Source of the DNA: Octopus bimaculoides
Lineage: Eukaryota
NCBI RefSeq assembly: GCF_001194135.2
Contig: NC_068981.1
Span: 104,292,791 to 104,334,456 of the forward strand
Direction of reading: 5' to 3'
DNA: 41,666 nucleotides
Of this stretch, positions 13,278 through 24,671 are shown piece after piece; the first letter of the stretch is position 1; the number at the start of each line of letters is the position of its first letter. A program made the translations under genes and the position numbers. The notes beneath the pieces are model-generated. The model was not told the origin of the DNA, did not search any database, and worked only from the letters and a program-made list of their open reading frames with translations.

Positions 13278-13650
13278 GGCCAGTACATCAGACAACAGCA
13301 AGATGTCTTCAATAATCCTGAGTCTTGAGTCACCTGCATCTTCCTAGGAATGCTAAGTTGCTTAAGATCTTTTGTGGAGGTGTACCATGACTTCTTGGAT
13401 CTCCCTCTCTTTCTTTATCTGTCTGATGGTACCCATTGTAAAGCTGTCTTGAGGAGTCACTGTTCTGGCCGTTAGAAAACATGACCTGTATGTAGTCTTC
13501 TTTCAGCAACAATCTCCTGTAAACTACATAGATTAGCTCTTCTCCGGAGTTCAGAAATAGCAATCAGATTTCTCTCACATTTCACTTTACATCTCAGAAA
13601 AAAATGCAATGCATAATGCAGTTCAATCTTGGAGTGGATACACACCACCT
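13278..13650 (-). mobile_element. RTE LINE 3' end, copy 2 of tandem pair
   Basis: Minus translation ELRRRANLCSLQEIVAERRLHTGHVF...TALQWVPSD...GRSKKSWYTSTKDLKQLSI; aligns to 13035-13277. Confidence 0.8.
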
Positions 13651-13718
13651 TACCCATACATGTATGTGTGTGAGGGGTGGTAGTGTTGAATAAGACAGGG
13701 ATTAGGGTTTATCACAGT

Positions 13719-14051
13719 GAAGGCACATGATTCAGTGGTTAGAGTGTCGGGCTTACACTCGTGAGGTTGTGAGTTCAATTTCTGGACTAGGCTGTGTGTT
13801 GTGTTCTTGAGCAAGATGCTTTATTTTACATTGCTCCTGCTCACTCAGCTGTAGAAATGAGTTGCGATATCTCTGGTGCCAAGCTGTATTGGCTTTTGCC
13901 ATTTCCTTGGACAACATCGCTGGCATGGAGAGGGGAGGCTGGTATGCATGGACAACTGGCTGGTCTCTCACAAAACAACCTTGCCCAGACTTGTGCCTTG
14001 GAGGGGAGCTTTCTAGGTGCAATCCCATGGTCATTATTCGTGACCAAAAGT
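13719..14051 (+). mobile_element. tRNA-derived SINE, family C-type head
   Basis: ggcacatgattcagtgg (A box), gagttcaatttc (B box), gtgttcttgagcaagatgct; head shared with 11341-11566. Confidence 0.75.
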
Positions 14052-14424
14052 AGGTGTGTGGTGGGTGGAGTCTTTAGGGGATCAGCACAAGCAAGATGCT
14101 TTCGATCAGAGACCTGCTCAATCAGGATTAACACTGGGTTCAACAATAACAACTACAAAACCATCCTCTGCACCATTACCAACACATCATCAGCCCCCCT
14201 CCTTCATCACCATCACCAACCCATTATCACCAACACCAACACCCCCTTCAACATCATCATCATCATCATTGCTGTGTCACAATTAACATTGATACTTCTT
14301 AACACTCTAGCTTCAACAAATAGATTAAGTGTCAAGCTTAATTATCTATTGGTTTTTGTCATTATTGCGTTTCTTTATGAGATTTATTTTATTTGTTTTA
14401 TGAAGTATTTCTAGTTTGTTTCTG

Positions 14425-14708
14425 NNNNNNNNNNNNNNNNNNNNNNNNNNNNNNNNNNNNNNNNNNNNNNNNNNNNNNNNNNNNNNNNNNNNNNNNNNNN
14501 NNNNNNNNNNNNNNNNNNNNNNNNNNNNNNNNNNNNNNNNNNNNNNNNNNNNNNNNNNNNNNNNNNNNNNNNNNNNNNNNNNNNNNNNNNNNNNNNNNNN
14601 NNNNNNNNNNNNNNNNNNNNNNNNNNNNNNNNNNNNNNNNNNNNNNNNNNNNNNNNNNNNNNNNNNNNNNNNNNNNNNNNNNNNNNNNNNNNNNNNNNNN
14701 NNNNNNNN
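14425..14708. other. Assembly gap
   Basis: N run. Confidence 1.
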
Positions 14709-15288
14709 GGTGGGAGTGGTAACAGAGAATATTGAATGCCTTACAGTTTTTCTTTTGTTTTTCCATATTTGTATTGTTTGTTTGTTTATTATTCTATTTC
14801 ATTTATTCTTTTATTTTGTGGTTGGAGGTTGGAGAGCAGTAGAGTCAGTCACTCATTTTCCAGTTTGGCAGAAGTAGAAAGTATTTGATTAGGTGATTTT
14901 AAAGATGTTCTTGTTTTCCACTGACACATTTTGGTGAGAAGAAGTGAGAGCCATAGAGAAAAATAGGGAAGGACAGAAAGAGACAGAGAGGGAGGAGGGG
15001 GAGAGGAGCTGTTAACTTAAAAATACTGGATTAAGCTATGGAGCTGCCTCATTTAGAGAGTTAAGACAGGAATTGAAATGGGTAAAGAGTTGCGATTGGT
15101 TGAATGAATGAATAAATAAGTAGTTGCCTTAATCTGTTGATTACTGGTCTTGCACTTCATGACCTTTTGTCATAATAGTTGAAAGTGAGAGAGAAAAGAG
15201 AGAGAGAGTGTTTATGTGTGCGTGCGTGCGCGCGCTTGTGTGTATGAATGTGTGTGTATGAGAGAGAGAGTCTATGTGAGTGGCGATT

Positions 15289-15502
15289 CTTTCTACTATA
15301 GATACAAGGCCTGAAATTTTGGGGGAGGGAGCCAGTCAATTAGATGGACCCCAGTGCATAATTGGTGCTTAATTTATCGACCCCGAAAGGATGAAAGGCA
15401 AAGTGAACCTCGATGGAATTTGAACTCAGAACATACTGGCAGACAAAATACTAAGCATTTCACCCCGGTGTGCTAATGATTCTGCCAGCTTGCTGCCTTG
15501 AG
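15289..15502 (-). mobile_element. tRNA-derived SINE, family B, with TSD
   Basis: Head and core are reverse complements of 17444-17673 (atcgaccccgaaaggatgaaaggcaaag, gaatttgaactcagaac); 14-bp TSD tgtgagtggcRatt at 15275-15288 and 15503-15516. Confidence 0.9.
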
Positions 15503-15624
15503 TGTGAGTGGCAATTGCTTACTGGTTTGCCTCTGTGTACTTAAGGTGTTGATTCGGTTTACCCCTCTTCTCTAAGCTAGACTATTAAGAAATAAGAAAA
15601 TCAAAAATGAGATATGAGAAATAA

Positions 15625-15780
15625 CTCTCTCTATTATAGGCACAAGGTCTGAAATTTGCAGGGTGAGGGGGGGGGGTCTAGTCGATTATATCACCCCCAG
15701 TGCTCAATTGGTACTTATTTCATCAACCCTATCACACACACATCAAAAGGATAAAAGGCAAAGTTGACCATGGTGGAATT
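15625..15780 (-). mobile_element. SINE family B, 5'-truncated
   Basis: ctattataggcacaaggtctgaaattt...aaaggataaaaggcaaagttgacc. Confidence 0.75.
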
Positions 15781-15827
15781 CTTTTTTCTTCATCCATATG
15801 GGAAAATAATGCAAATGGATCAATCAT

Positions 15828-16040
15828 CACCATCATTGTTTTAATGTCCACTTTTCCATGCTAGCTTGCGTCGGATGGAATTTTTATTAAGGTGGACATT
15901 TTACAGCCAGATACCCTTCCTGTCACCAACCCTCACCTGTTTCTTTGTAAGGTAATATTCCTCCATGACCAGATCTGTTTTCACAGATTGGAAATGAAGA
16001 ACACTGCTTGCATGATGGTGACATTCATAGACAACTATCA
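15828..16040 (-). mobile_element. Retroposon 3' end with (ATG)n tail (RTE-type tail family)
   Basis: catcat...tttaatgtccacttttccatgctagc, shared with 19069, 32307, 33549 and 35846. Confidence 0.65.
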
Positions 16041-16136
16041 CACCCACACATGCATACACACACACACACGCACATACACACACACACACACACATATGTA
16101 TATGTGTGTGTATATGTGTATATGTATGTATATATA

Positions 16137-16179
<43 letters not shown>

Positions 16180-16181
<2 letters not shown>

Positions 16182-16385
16182 GTCTGTGTTTGTCCCCCAC
16201 CATCACTTGACAACCGATGTTGGTGTGTTTACGCCCCCATAACTTAGCAGTTTGGCAAAAGAAACCAATAAAATGAATACTAGGCTTACAAAGAATAATT
16301 CCTAGGAGTGATTTCTTCGACTATAACCCTTTAAGGTGGTGCTGCAGCATAGCCGCAGTCAAATGAGTGAAACAAGTAAGAGAAT
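16180..16385 (+). mobile_element. SINE family A, 3' half
   Basis: gtttgtccccc...acttgacaaccgatgttggtgtgtttacg...gaaacaagtaagaga. Confidence 0.85.
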
Positions 16386-16424
16386 AAAAGCATATGTGTC
16401 TGTGTGTATATATACACATATATA

Positions 16425-16565
16425 CATGTATGATGGGCTTCTTTCAGTTTGTCTACCAATTTCACTCTCAAAGTTTCGGTTGGCCCAGGATTATAGTGAA
16501 AGACACTTACATACCTAAGGTGCCATGTTGTGAGACTGAACCCAAACACATGTGCTTAAGAATCA
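16425..16565 (-). mobile_element. SINE family A, 5' half
   Basis: gggcttctttcagtttgtctaccaatttcactc...agacacttac...gactgaacccaaac. Confidence 0.75.
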
Positions 16566-16681
16566 AACTTCTAATTTATGGCACAGATCAGTGGCATGAA
16601 TTTTGATAATTAACTCAAAGGGCAATGTACTGACAGCCATGGAACTTCCTCACCACCACCACCAAAAAAATTTGTTAATTA

Positions 16682-16902
16682 CAGTAATCCCTCGATTGTT
16701 ATATCCCCCCCNNNNNNNNNNCGCTGGCAATAGCTGAAAATTCACGAAGTAAGAACATTACTGTACTATATTTTTTTTAATTATTTATATAGTTTGTATA
16801 TATTTATTGTATTATAAATGCAAAACAACACCACAGAAGAATCAACGTAAGCTTAAATGATAAACCACGATAGGTGAACCGTGATATGGCAAGGGATTAC
16901 TT
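16682..16902. mobile_element. Tigger/pogo-type MITE
   Basis: TA then CAGTAATCCCTCG at the left; GCAAGGGATTACT at the right is its near reverse complement; contains a gap at 16712-16721. Confidence 0.7.
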
Positions 16903-17443
16903 CAATTGCAATTTCCCCTCTTAGTTTCAACTAAGAGGAGGAATTTCAATTAATTAAGAACCTAATAAACCTAGCTGCTATTGTTAGTAACACTCAAAGG
17001 TGGGGAGATAATTTCAAGAAATTAAAGAGTTAATCCCTCCATGTAAAATTACAAGCTTAGAGGAAGGAAAATCTGATTTTTGCTTGCAGGCAAGAGACAA
17101 CCGTGGACATGTTTTAGTTGGTCCTTTAGACTGTCAGGAGTTTGAGGCTCTTTATCATGTAATGGAGGGGTCAGCATCAGCTGTGGCTGTTGTTGTTTAG
17201 CCCTAGGCTGGTCCACATTCAACAAACAACTTTTAATCAAAGGTTTTTCAGTGTATTCTTTTCCCAGTTTGTTGTGTGTAATTTCAGAGAATTTGGCCAT
17301 GCAGAGGTTCACAATTTGTGTTGGTGGCAGTGGTGATGGTGGTGGTTAGTAGTAGTAGTAGTAGTAGTTATGAGCATTAATAGTAGTAGTGATTGTAATG
17401 GTCTCAGAAGAGCTAGAGCAGTTTACAAGATTAGATCATAAAA

Positions 17444-17673
17444 GGCGGCGAGCTGGCAGAAACGTTAGCACTCCAGGCGAAATGCTTAGCGGTATTTCGT
17501 CTGCTGTTACGTTCTGAGATCAAATTCCACCAAGGTCGACTTTGCCTTTTATCCTTTCGGGGTCGATAAATTGAGTACCAGTTGCGTACTGGGGTCGATG
17601 TAATCGACTTAATCCCTTTGTCTGTCCTTGTTTGTTCCCTCTATATTTAGCCCCTTGTGGGCAATACAGAAAA
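17444..17673 (+). mobile_element. tRNA-derived SINE, family B, full-length and young
   Basis: ggcggcgagctggcagaaacgttagc head with CpGs retained; perfect 17-bp TSD aagattagatcataaaa at 17427-17443 and 17674-17690. Confidence 0.95.
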
Positions 17674-17700
17674 AAGATTAGATCATAAAATCAAAATGTA

Positions 17701-17731
<31 letters not shown>

Positions 17732-18159
17732 AAGAAAGTGAGAATAGTTGAAGCATGATTCAGTGGTGGATAGAGAGTATCATATGTGAGTTTGAGTAAT
17801 TTGATAGAAATAGAAATTTCTCTCAATATAAACAGAATGATGGATATCCCATTTGTTAGTTTTGATGACATGTATTCCAGTTGGTTGATCAATGGATCTT
17901 ACCAAATCATCAAGCTATGCACTAAATGAAATTCTCAAATTGACAACACGCTATTTGACAAGGCCTTTTTGCTGGTCCTGTCCATCTCACAAGCTTCTAC
18001 TCAGTTTCTGTCTTCCCGGTTTTACTCATTAGTTTTAGGGAGACCCTCGACTAAAATTGAAGACACTTGCCCAAAATGCTACAAATGGGGTGGAGGGTCA
18101 AACTCGGGGACTTATATTTCTGAAGCAAACCATTCAGCCAAGAACAAACAAGTTTTAGT

Positions 18160-18375
18160 CTTTTAGCATTTAAACCAGCCATATCTGGCACAAATATTCT
18201 ATGTTTTATGCTAAAACTAACCGGCTCCAACCTCTCACACCTACCCTACAATGTCATTCTAAAAATAAACACTACGTCATCAAAATCTCAAAGCTATAAG
18301 ATAATAAATGATTAATTTAAAACAATGTAAATAAATAAGCAATACATTTGACAAAGAAATCTGAATATTAAAGGG
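18160..18375 (+). mobile_element. piggyBac-type MITE (family 1)
   Basis: tttagcatttaaaccagccatatc...ctgaatattaaaggg; homologous to 30626-30845. Confidence 0.8.
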
Positions 18376-19068
18376 TTTAAATTGACAAATGAAAGTGAGC
18401 AAAAAAGAATTTTGTAGTGTAAAAAACCTGGCCCTGAAACTGTGTTTTTAACAAAATTTCTATGACATTTCAAGAGAAAAGCTCATTAATTAAATACAGC
18501 ATATGACCAGCAGCTGACAGATACCTCCCCATAAGTTTCAAATTCAATACAAGTATTTCAAATCTCTGATGCAGGGCACTTAATTGTACATGCCTCTCTT
18601 CCCTTTCATATAGTTGAGAACAAAGTGGTGTCTTTTCTTCAGTAATGAAGATACCAACTAGGCATGTTGATCTTATTAGTTTCAGAAAACCTGCAAACCT
18701 GAGAGGAACATGGAGACAACCCCTTTCCTCCAAACCAATAGAATTATAAAAAGAAAAAGTGTTCTATCCAAGGGAAAGATAAACATTGTGTCATAACTTG
18801 AAACAATAGCTTCGATCACTTTTTGGAGCATTTAAACATTATCAATATGGTAATGATATAAAATATAATAACACATATCTATATCAATATTTTATAGACA
18901 CATATACACATTCACACACACACACACATCACCATCATCATTATTGTCTTATGGTTCAGGAATGCGGATCTCAACATTCTTTGGGGACTGATTTCTACTG
19001 TATGTTACCTTGAGATAAGACCTTATCTCAAGGTCTTCTATAAATGTCTTAGTTTGGTCAGTTCCTTC

Positions 19069-19165
19069 ATCATCATCACCATCACCATCATCATCACCAT
19101 CACCATCATTTAACGTTCACTTTTCATGCTAGCATGGGGTGGACAGTTTGACAGGAACTGGCCTG
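19069..19165 (-). mobile_element. RTE-type 3' tail with (CAT)n
   Basis: (CAT/CAC)n followed by ttaacgttcacttttcatgctagcatggggtggacagtttgac. Confidence 0.7.
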
Positions 19166-19217
19166 TGTATGCATATATATATTCATTTGTGTGTGTGTGT
19201 GGTGTGTATACACACAC

Positions 19218-19352
19218 NNNNNNNNNNNNNNNNNNNNNNNNNNNNNNNNNNNNNNNNNNNNNNNNNNNNNNNNNNNNNNNNNNNNNNNNNNNNNNNNNNN
19301 NNNNNNNNNNNNNNNNNNNNNNNNNNNNNNNNNNNNNNNNNNNNNNNNNNNN
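19218..19352. other. Assembly gap
   Basis: N run. Confidence 1.
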
Positions 19353-20007
19353 ATGACCATCCCCAAATATAACAATATATATCTATATATATATATATAT
19401 ATATATATACATAAACAGTTTTTGTGTGTATGTGTGTGCATGCGTGTACATGTTCCTTATGGATTCAAAAACTGAGTTGCCAATTTTGACATATGAGATA
19501 TCAAAAGATTCAGTAATCTTTCGGCTATCAAATAAAGTATGTTTTTTGCACAACAACTTCTTTTTTACTACAAAAATAACCTTGAAAACAAGGTCGGGTC
19601 ACGCTATTTTGAGGTCTTTAGCTAAGGGAGGCAACTCTGCCTAAACAATATCTTAAATAAAGCATAATGAGAAAATGTTTAAGATACATGGAGTTTTACC
19701 GGGAAATAAAACTGAGATGTACATATAGTGTTATCGTATACAAGTTTTGAACTCATTATCTTGTGGTTAATAATCCACTACCTTAAATTTAAAGTCTTTA
19801 AACATTATTTTATTGGGTTTAGTCTTTTGACTGTCCACATGATGGGGTATCACCTTCAAAAATTTAATTGATCATTCTGACCTCAATACATATTTCAATC
19901 TGGCATTTATTTTATAGATCTCTGCTTGATGAACTGCTAACTTTGAGACAGAGTGGGGCACAATACTCAATTTAACAAAAATTGTAAACACACACATACA
20001 TATTAAG

Positions 20008-20160
20008 TGCAAGAATGACTATGTGGTTGAGAAGTTTGCTTCCCAACCACATGGTTCCATGTTCAATCCTTCTGCATTGTACCTTGGGAAAGTGTTTTCT
20101 ACTATAGCCCTCAACCAACCTCAGACTTGTGACTGAATTTGGTTGACAGAAACTGCAACG
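20008..20160 (+). mobile_element. SINE family A, 5' half
   Basis: gcaagaatgactatgtggtt...ttcccaaccacatggttcc...accttgggaaagtgttttctactatagcc. Confidence 0.8.
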
Positions 20161-20286
20161 TTGTTCATCAGAAAATGACTGAAAGCATGTTTATAAAGAA
20201 GAGTTGTTTGCTTCATAAGAAAGGAACAAATAATATAATGTAGCTGTAGGTCATAACACCCAGGTAACACCAGGGTGCATTGCTAG
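20161..20286 (+). mobile_element. Helitron-like 3' end
   Basis: Hairpin caccc-a-ggt-aac-acc-a-gggtg (20257-20277) ends 5 nt before CTAG (20283-20286), which is followed by T. Confidence 0.55.
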
Positions 20287-20554
20287 TATATATATATATA
20301 TATATATATGTAAGAAACAAGTTAAAAATATGTAATGACCATTATTTTTAACTTGTTTCTTATTTATCACTCTGTGTAAAAACCAGTTTGTCTGGAGTTC
20401 ATCCACAGATTTACAATATAGAATTGTGATGAACCATAACTTTGGACCCTACCACAAGATTACCTGGAATTCTTCACTAATCTAAGTAATATTGTTAGCC
20501 TGGTGTGCCAACAGAGAGCTTAGGAAGTATTTTACCCAGATTGATAATCCCTCA

Positions 20555-20755
20555 CTATATGTGTGTGTGTGTGTGTACAACCAGTGTTGCTTTGTTTATA
20601 TCCCTATAATTTTGCTGTTCAATAAAAGAGACCACTAGAATAAGTTACAGGCTTAAAAACTAAGTATTGGAGTTGGTTTGTTCAACTGAACCATTCCAGG
20701 CAGTGCTCCAGCATGGCCACAGTCAAATGGCTGATACAAGTAAAAGTAGGAAACG
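20555..20755 (+). mobile_element. SINE family A, 3' half
   Basis: acaaccagtgttgctttgtttata...aaggcagtgctccagcatggccacagtcaaatggctgatacaagtaaaag. Confidence 0.8.
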
Positions 20756-21109
20756 GAAAGACAAAAGTTGGTCACTTCTGCTATAGTGTCTGTCTATGAT
20801 CAAGGCATTTAATTCACAACAGCCCAGTTTGCTTAGCTGTAAGATGTTATTGTAAGATGTTATTGCAAGATGAGGAACCAATCTGTAACTGCTCTAAGTA
20901 ACCTACAGCAGAGCAGTAACAGCAGCACTGTAAAATTGTTGATATCCTGCCATTGTCTTGTTGTGCTTCAATTCAGCTCCTACAGTCCATCCACAGCCCG
21001 GAAAAAGACCTACAGTTTTGCCAAAATGCCTTTGCTTGAGAAACAGTATCTGAAGACAGGCTCACCATTACCTTAGTTTATAATGTGAGATAACTAAGTA
21101 CATTATGTC

Positions 21110-21395
21110 TTGTCTGTCTCCCTATCTCTCTCTCTCTCTCTCTCCTGCTCTCTCTCTCTCCCTCTCCCTCTCTCTCTTTCTCCTCTCCAATTTATTCTAC
21201 TCTATCAATTTCATTGTTTTCATCACATTATGCCTCTCTCTCTCTCTTCCTCTCCCTCTCTCCTCTCTCTCCCTCCTTCTCTCTCTCCTAGTCTTTCCTG
21301 CTTTTTCGTTTTTCTTTCTTTTGTCTTTTCTTTCTACTTTCACTCTTCCTGCTCCCTTCTCACCTTTCTGTCTTTATTACCCTGGCTCCCACCTC

Positions 21396-21430
<35 letters not shown>
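21110..21430. repeat. (CT)n and (TCTA)n microsatellites
   Basis: CT-rich tract at 21115-21285; TCTA run at ~21396-21430. Confidence 0.92.
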
Positions 21431-21432
<2 letters not shown>

Positions 21433-21711
21433 GGTCCACCTCCTAAAACTTTTTTACATCACCTACATCACCACCACCACCTGCATTTCCACCACCACTT
21501 CCACTACTTTAACTACTTCCACTTCATCACCACCACTTGCTTTTTCTTTTTCTTTTTTTCTAAATTTTACTCCTTCCCAGCTAGGTTATTGGTGAGAACT
21601 AAAATAATGTATGTTTGTGTGTAAATGTTAATGTTTATCTGTATTTACGTTTGTATATATGTGTATTGATATACAAATATATGCCTGCATGTGTGTGTGT
21701 ATGCATATGTT

Positions 21712-21750
<39 letters not shown>

Positions 21751-21849
21751 ATGAGAAGTAGTGCAAATGGTATGGTGGTAGTGGTAAGAGGATCTTTGTG
21801 GATGGATGGATGGATAAGGGGTGGGGTTGTAGAAGTGCATGTAATGTAG

Positions 21850-21958
21850 GATACATGCTGGTGGTGGTGGTGGTAGCTGTGATGAATGCGATGGTGGTGA
21901 AGTTGGTGATGGTTGTTCTGGGTTGGATTATGTGAGGGTGACTGTGATGGTGGTGACT

Positions 21959-21990
<32 letters not shown>

Positions 21991-22110
21991 CAGTATGGCG
22001 TTGGTGGAAGTGCTGATGCTACTGGCTTTTATGAGATGGTGATAGTGGTAGCTTGGTGGTGGTGGTGGTGGTGGTGGGAGTGATGATTGGTAGTGATGAA
22101 GATGATGATT
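21850..22110. repeat. (GGT)n/(GTA)n low-complexity region
   Basis: GGT, GAT and GTA runs. Confidence 0.9.
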
Positions 22111-22640
22111 GTTACAGTGATTTGGAGGTGGTGGTCACTGTTTGTGGATTGTTGGGTGTGCAAGAATGGCAGTGGATTAGGAGGGGGTGGGCATATAGTA
22201 GAATTTTGGAAATGGAGGCGAGAGGAGGAGGAGGAGTGCAGGGGAGAGAGAAAGAGAAAGTAGGTGAGAGAGAAAGGGGAGGGGTGGATGTCTCTGGAGT
22301 TCACACAGGCACACACACCCACACACACAAACCTTCCTTTCTGTCTTACGCCCCACCACCATCATCCTCCACCTGTTACCCAGTCGCCTGTCCACCCATG
22401 AACAAACAGTAAGTAGTAATCTGGCCAGTGACACTAACAGTATTTTCTGAAATAAAAATAAAAATAAACTAATAAATAAACTAATAAATTAGAATAAAAT
22501 TTCTTGGTGCTCCAAGATGGAGAGGCAGAAGAGAGAGAGAGAGTGTGTGAGAGAGAAATAGGGGGAGAAACAGAGAGAGAGGAGACTTAGAGAAGAAAGG
22601 AGAAAAGGCTATGGTAGAGGAAGTGGTTGAGATGTGTTCG

Positions 22641-22689
22641 NNNNNNNNNNNNNNNNNNNNNNNNNNNNNNNNNNNNNNNNNNNNNNNNN
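22641..22689. other. Assembly gap
   Basis: N run. Confidence 1.
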
Positions 22690-23135
22690 GGGGGGGGGGG
22701 GTTGGCCGGTTGGCTGGCTGGCTGGCTGGTAGTGATGGTAGTGTGTTTGTTGGTGGGTGGAGGTATGGGGTTTACTGGTTTTCAGCAGTCTCTGAAATAT
22801 ATAAAGTGCCATTTATGCTGGAGAAGCCTTTAGCAAGCCATCCATCATTACTGGCATGTGTCATGGGCTTGCTATGGAAGGCTGGCAGGGACAAAAATAA
22901 AAATCTTTGGATTTGCCTGTTTATTGGTCGGGTTGTGTGCTTTGCTGTTTAATGTTGATGCTGCCGCTGCTGCCGATGATGATGATTTCTGCTTTTTATT
23001 TCTTGTGTGTTTTGTAGAGGGTAGGGTTCTTGTTTTTAATGTTCTTGTTGTTACTGCTACAGTTTTTGCTACTGTTGCAGCTTTTTATATTGTTGTTGGT
23101 GGTTGTGTTGCTATTTTTTTTATGTTGTGGTGTTG

Positions 23136-23171
<36 letters not shown>

Positions 23172-23329
23172 GTTGGTGGTGTTGCTAATGCTATTGTTGT
23201 TATAGTTACATACAACTATTGTTTTTTTTATTGTTGCAGTTCTTGTAACTGTTGTTGTTCATACTACTGTATGTTTTGTTTTGTTGCAACTGTTGTTGTT
23301 ATTGCTGATTGTTGTAGGTGCTGGTAAAG

Positions 23330-23600
23330 TTACAACCATTGTCATCATCACCATCATCGTCATTGTCGTCATCATCATCATCTCCATCGTTGTCATAATG
23401 ATTGTCATCGTCATCATTGTCATCATCCTCATCTTTATCCTCTTCCTCCTCATCATCATCACCTGCTCCTCTTCTTCTCACTCCCCGTCCTCATCCCGCT
23501 TCTCCAGTTCCTCCTCCTCCTCCTCATCATCATCATTGTCATCATCATGATCATCATCATCATCCTCATGATCATCATCTCCATGATCATCTTCACTGTT
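23330..23600. repeat. Imperfect (CAT)n/(CCT)n tract
   Basis: About 270 bp of CAT/CGT/CCT triplets; source of the poly-S/D/H ORFs. Confidence 0.95.
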
Positions 23601-23790
23601 GTTGTTTAGCCCCAGGTCAACCTTGATTGACCTACGATCAAATGCATTTCAGACTGTGTTTTTATATATCTAACACATCACTTGCTATGTCTTGTTTTTG
23701 TTTTTTGCCTTAAGACTAGAGTGTGTTTTGAGGGAATTTGACTCACTATTTCTAACTGGTTAAGACACCACATATTAACTTCTTTGTTGG
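23595..23790. mobile_element. Unclassified interspersed repeat
   Basis: gttgtttagccccaggtcaacc...atcaaa resembles 17190-17250; tttgagggaatttgac...tatttcta resembles 28690-28740 and, inverted, 40050-40110. Confidence 0.45.
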
Positions 23791-24123
23791 CTCAACAGTA
23801 ATGGTCATAGTTCTGCCGTTTGAAATGTGTAACTGATCCATTCTTTGTTGCTTGCCAATGTTGTTTCCCTTGTTGTTTAATAAACATGATACTACCTTAT
23901 AGTATTAGTTGTTGTTTAGACCCTTGTCATCTGTGTTCAAACAAACCTACAATAAGCAAAGGCATTCCTGCCATGACTATCCTATCTTTTTATTTATTTT
24001 TTTTTTTTTTTTAGGCTTTGAGAACCCAAAACTACATTGTCCAATGTTTCCTATTTTTAAGACAGTGGGGTGTGATTTAATTGATAAGGATTCAGCTACT
24101 ATTTCTTGAAAATCAAGTATATA

Positions 24124-24655
24124 GGTGCAGGCATGGCTGTGTAGTAAGAAGCTTGCTTCCCAACCACATGGTTCCAGGTTCAGTCATATTGTGTGGCACC
24201 TTGGACAAACGTCTTCTACTATATAGCATTGGGATGACCAAAGCCTTGTGAGTGGATTTGATAGATGGAAACTGAAAGAAGCCTGCCATATATGTGTATG
24301 CGTATGGCACCTTGGGTGAGTGTCTTCTAGTATAGATAGCATCGGGCCAACCAAAGCCTTATGAGTGGATTTAGTAGATGAAAACTGAAAGAAGCCTGTC
24401 GTGTGTGTGTGTGTGTATTTATGTGTGCATGTCTTTGTATCTAGGTTTGTCCCCCACCCCCACTTGACAACGGGTGCTGGTGTGCTTACATTCCCGTAAC
24501 TTATCAGTTTCGCAAAAGTGACCAATGGAATATGTACTAAGCTTTAAAAAAGGTAAGTCATAAGATCGCTTCATTCGACTAAAACCCTTCAAGGTGGTGC
24601 CCCAGCATGACCGCATTCAAATGACTGAAACAAGTAAAAGACAGAGGATAAAAGA
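24124..24655 (+). mobile_element. SINE family A with internal tandem duplication
   Basis: Full head and tail; the ggcaccttgg...gaaagaagcctg module occurs at both 24195 and 24306. Confidence 0.9.
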
Positions 24656-24671
24656 AGATATCACATAGAGT

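Noticed and set aside
13794-14414. 206-aa ORF
   Set aside because: It runs through a SINE and then CAA/CAT low-complexity sequence; not protein-like.
17095-17205. Acceptor-like tttttgcttgcag followed by ARDNRGHVLVGPLDCQEFEALYHVMEG
   Set aside because: It is contiguous with the interspersed repeat motif gttgtttagccc also seen at 23600; no convincing donor and no known homology.
18470-18733. 87-aa minus-strand ORF with possible splice sites
   Set aside because: No recognisable domain and a weak donor; cannot be supported without RNA data.
20838-20872. 13-bp tandem repeat tgtaagatgttat (about 2.6 copies)
   Set aside because: An ordinary slippage duplication.
23259-23626. Poly-D/E, poly-S and poly-H ORFs
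   Set aside because: Translations of the (CAT)n tract.
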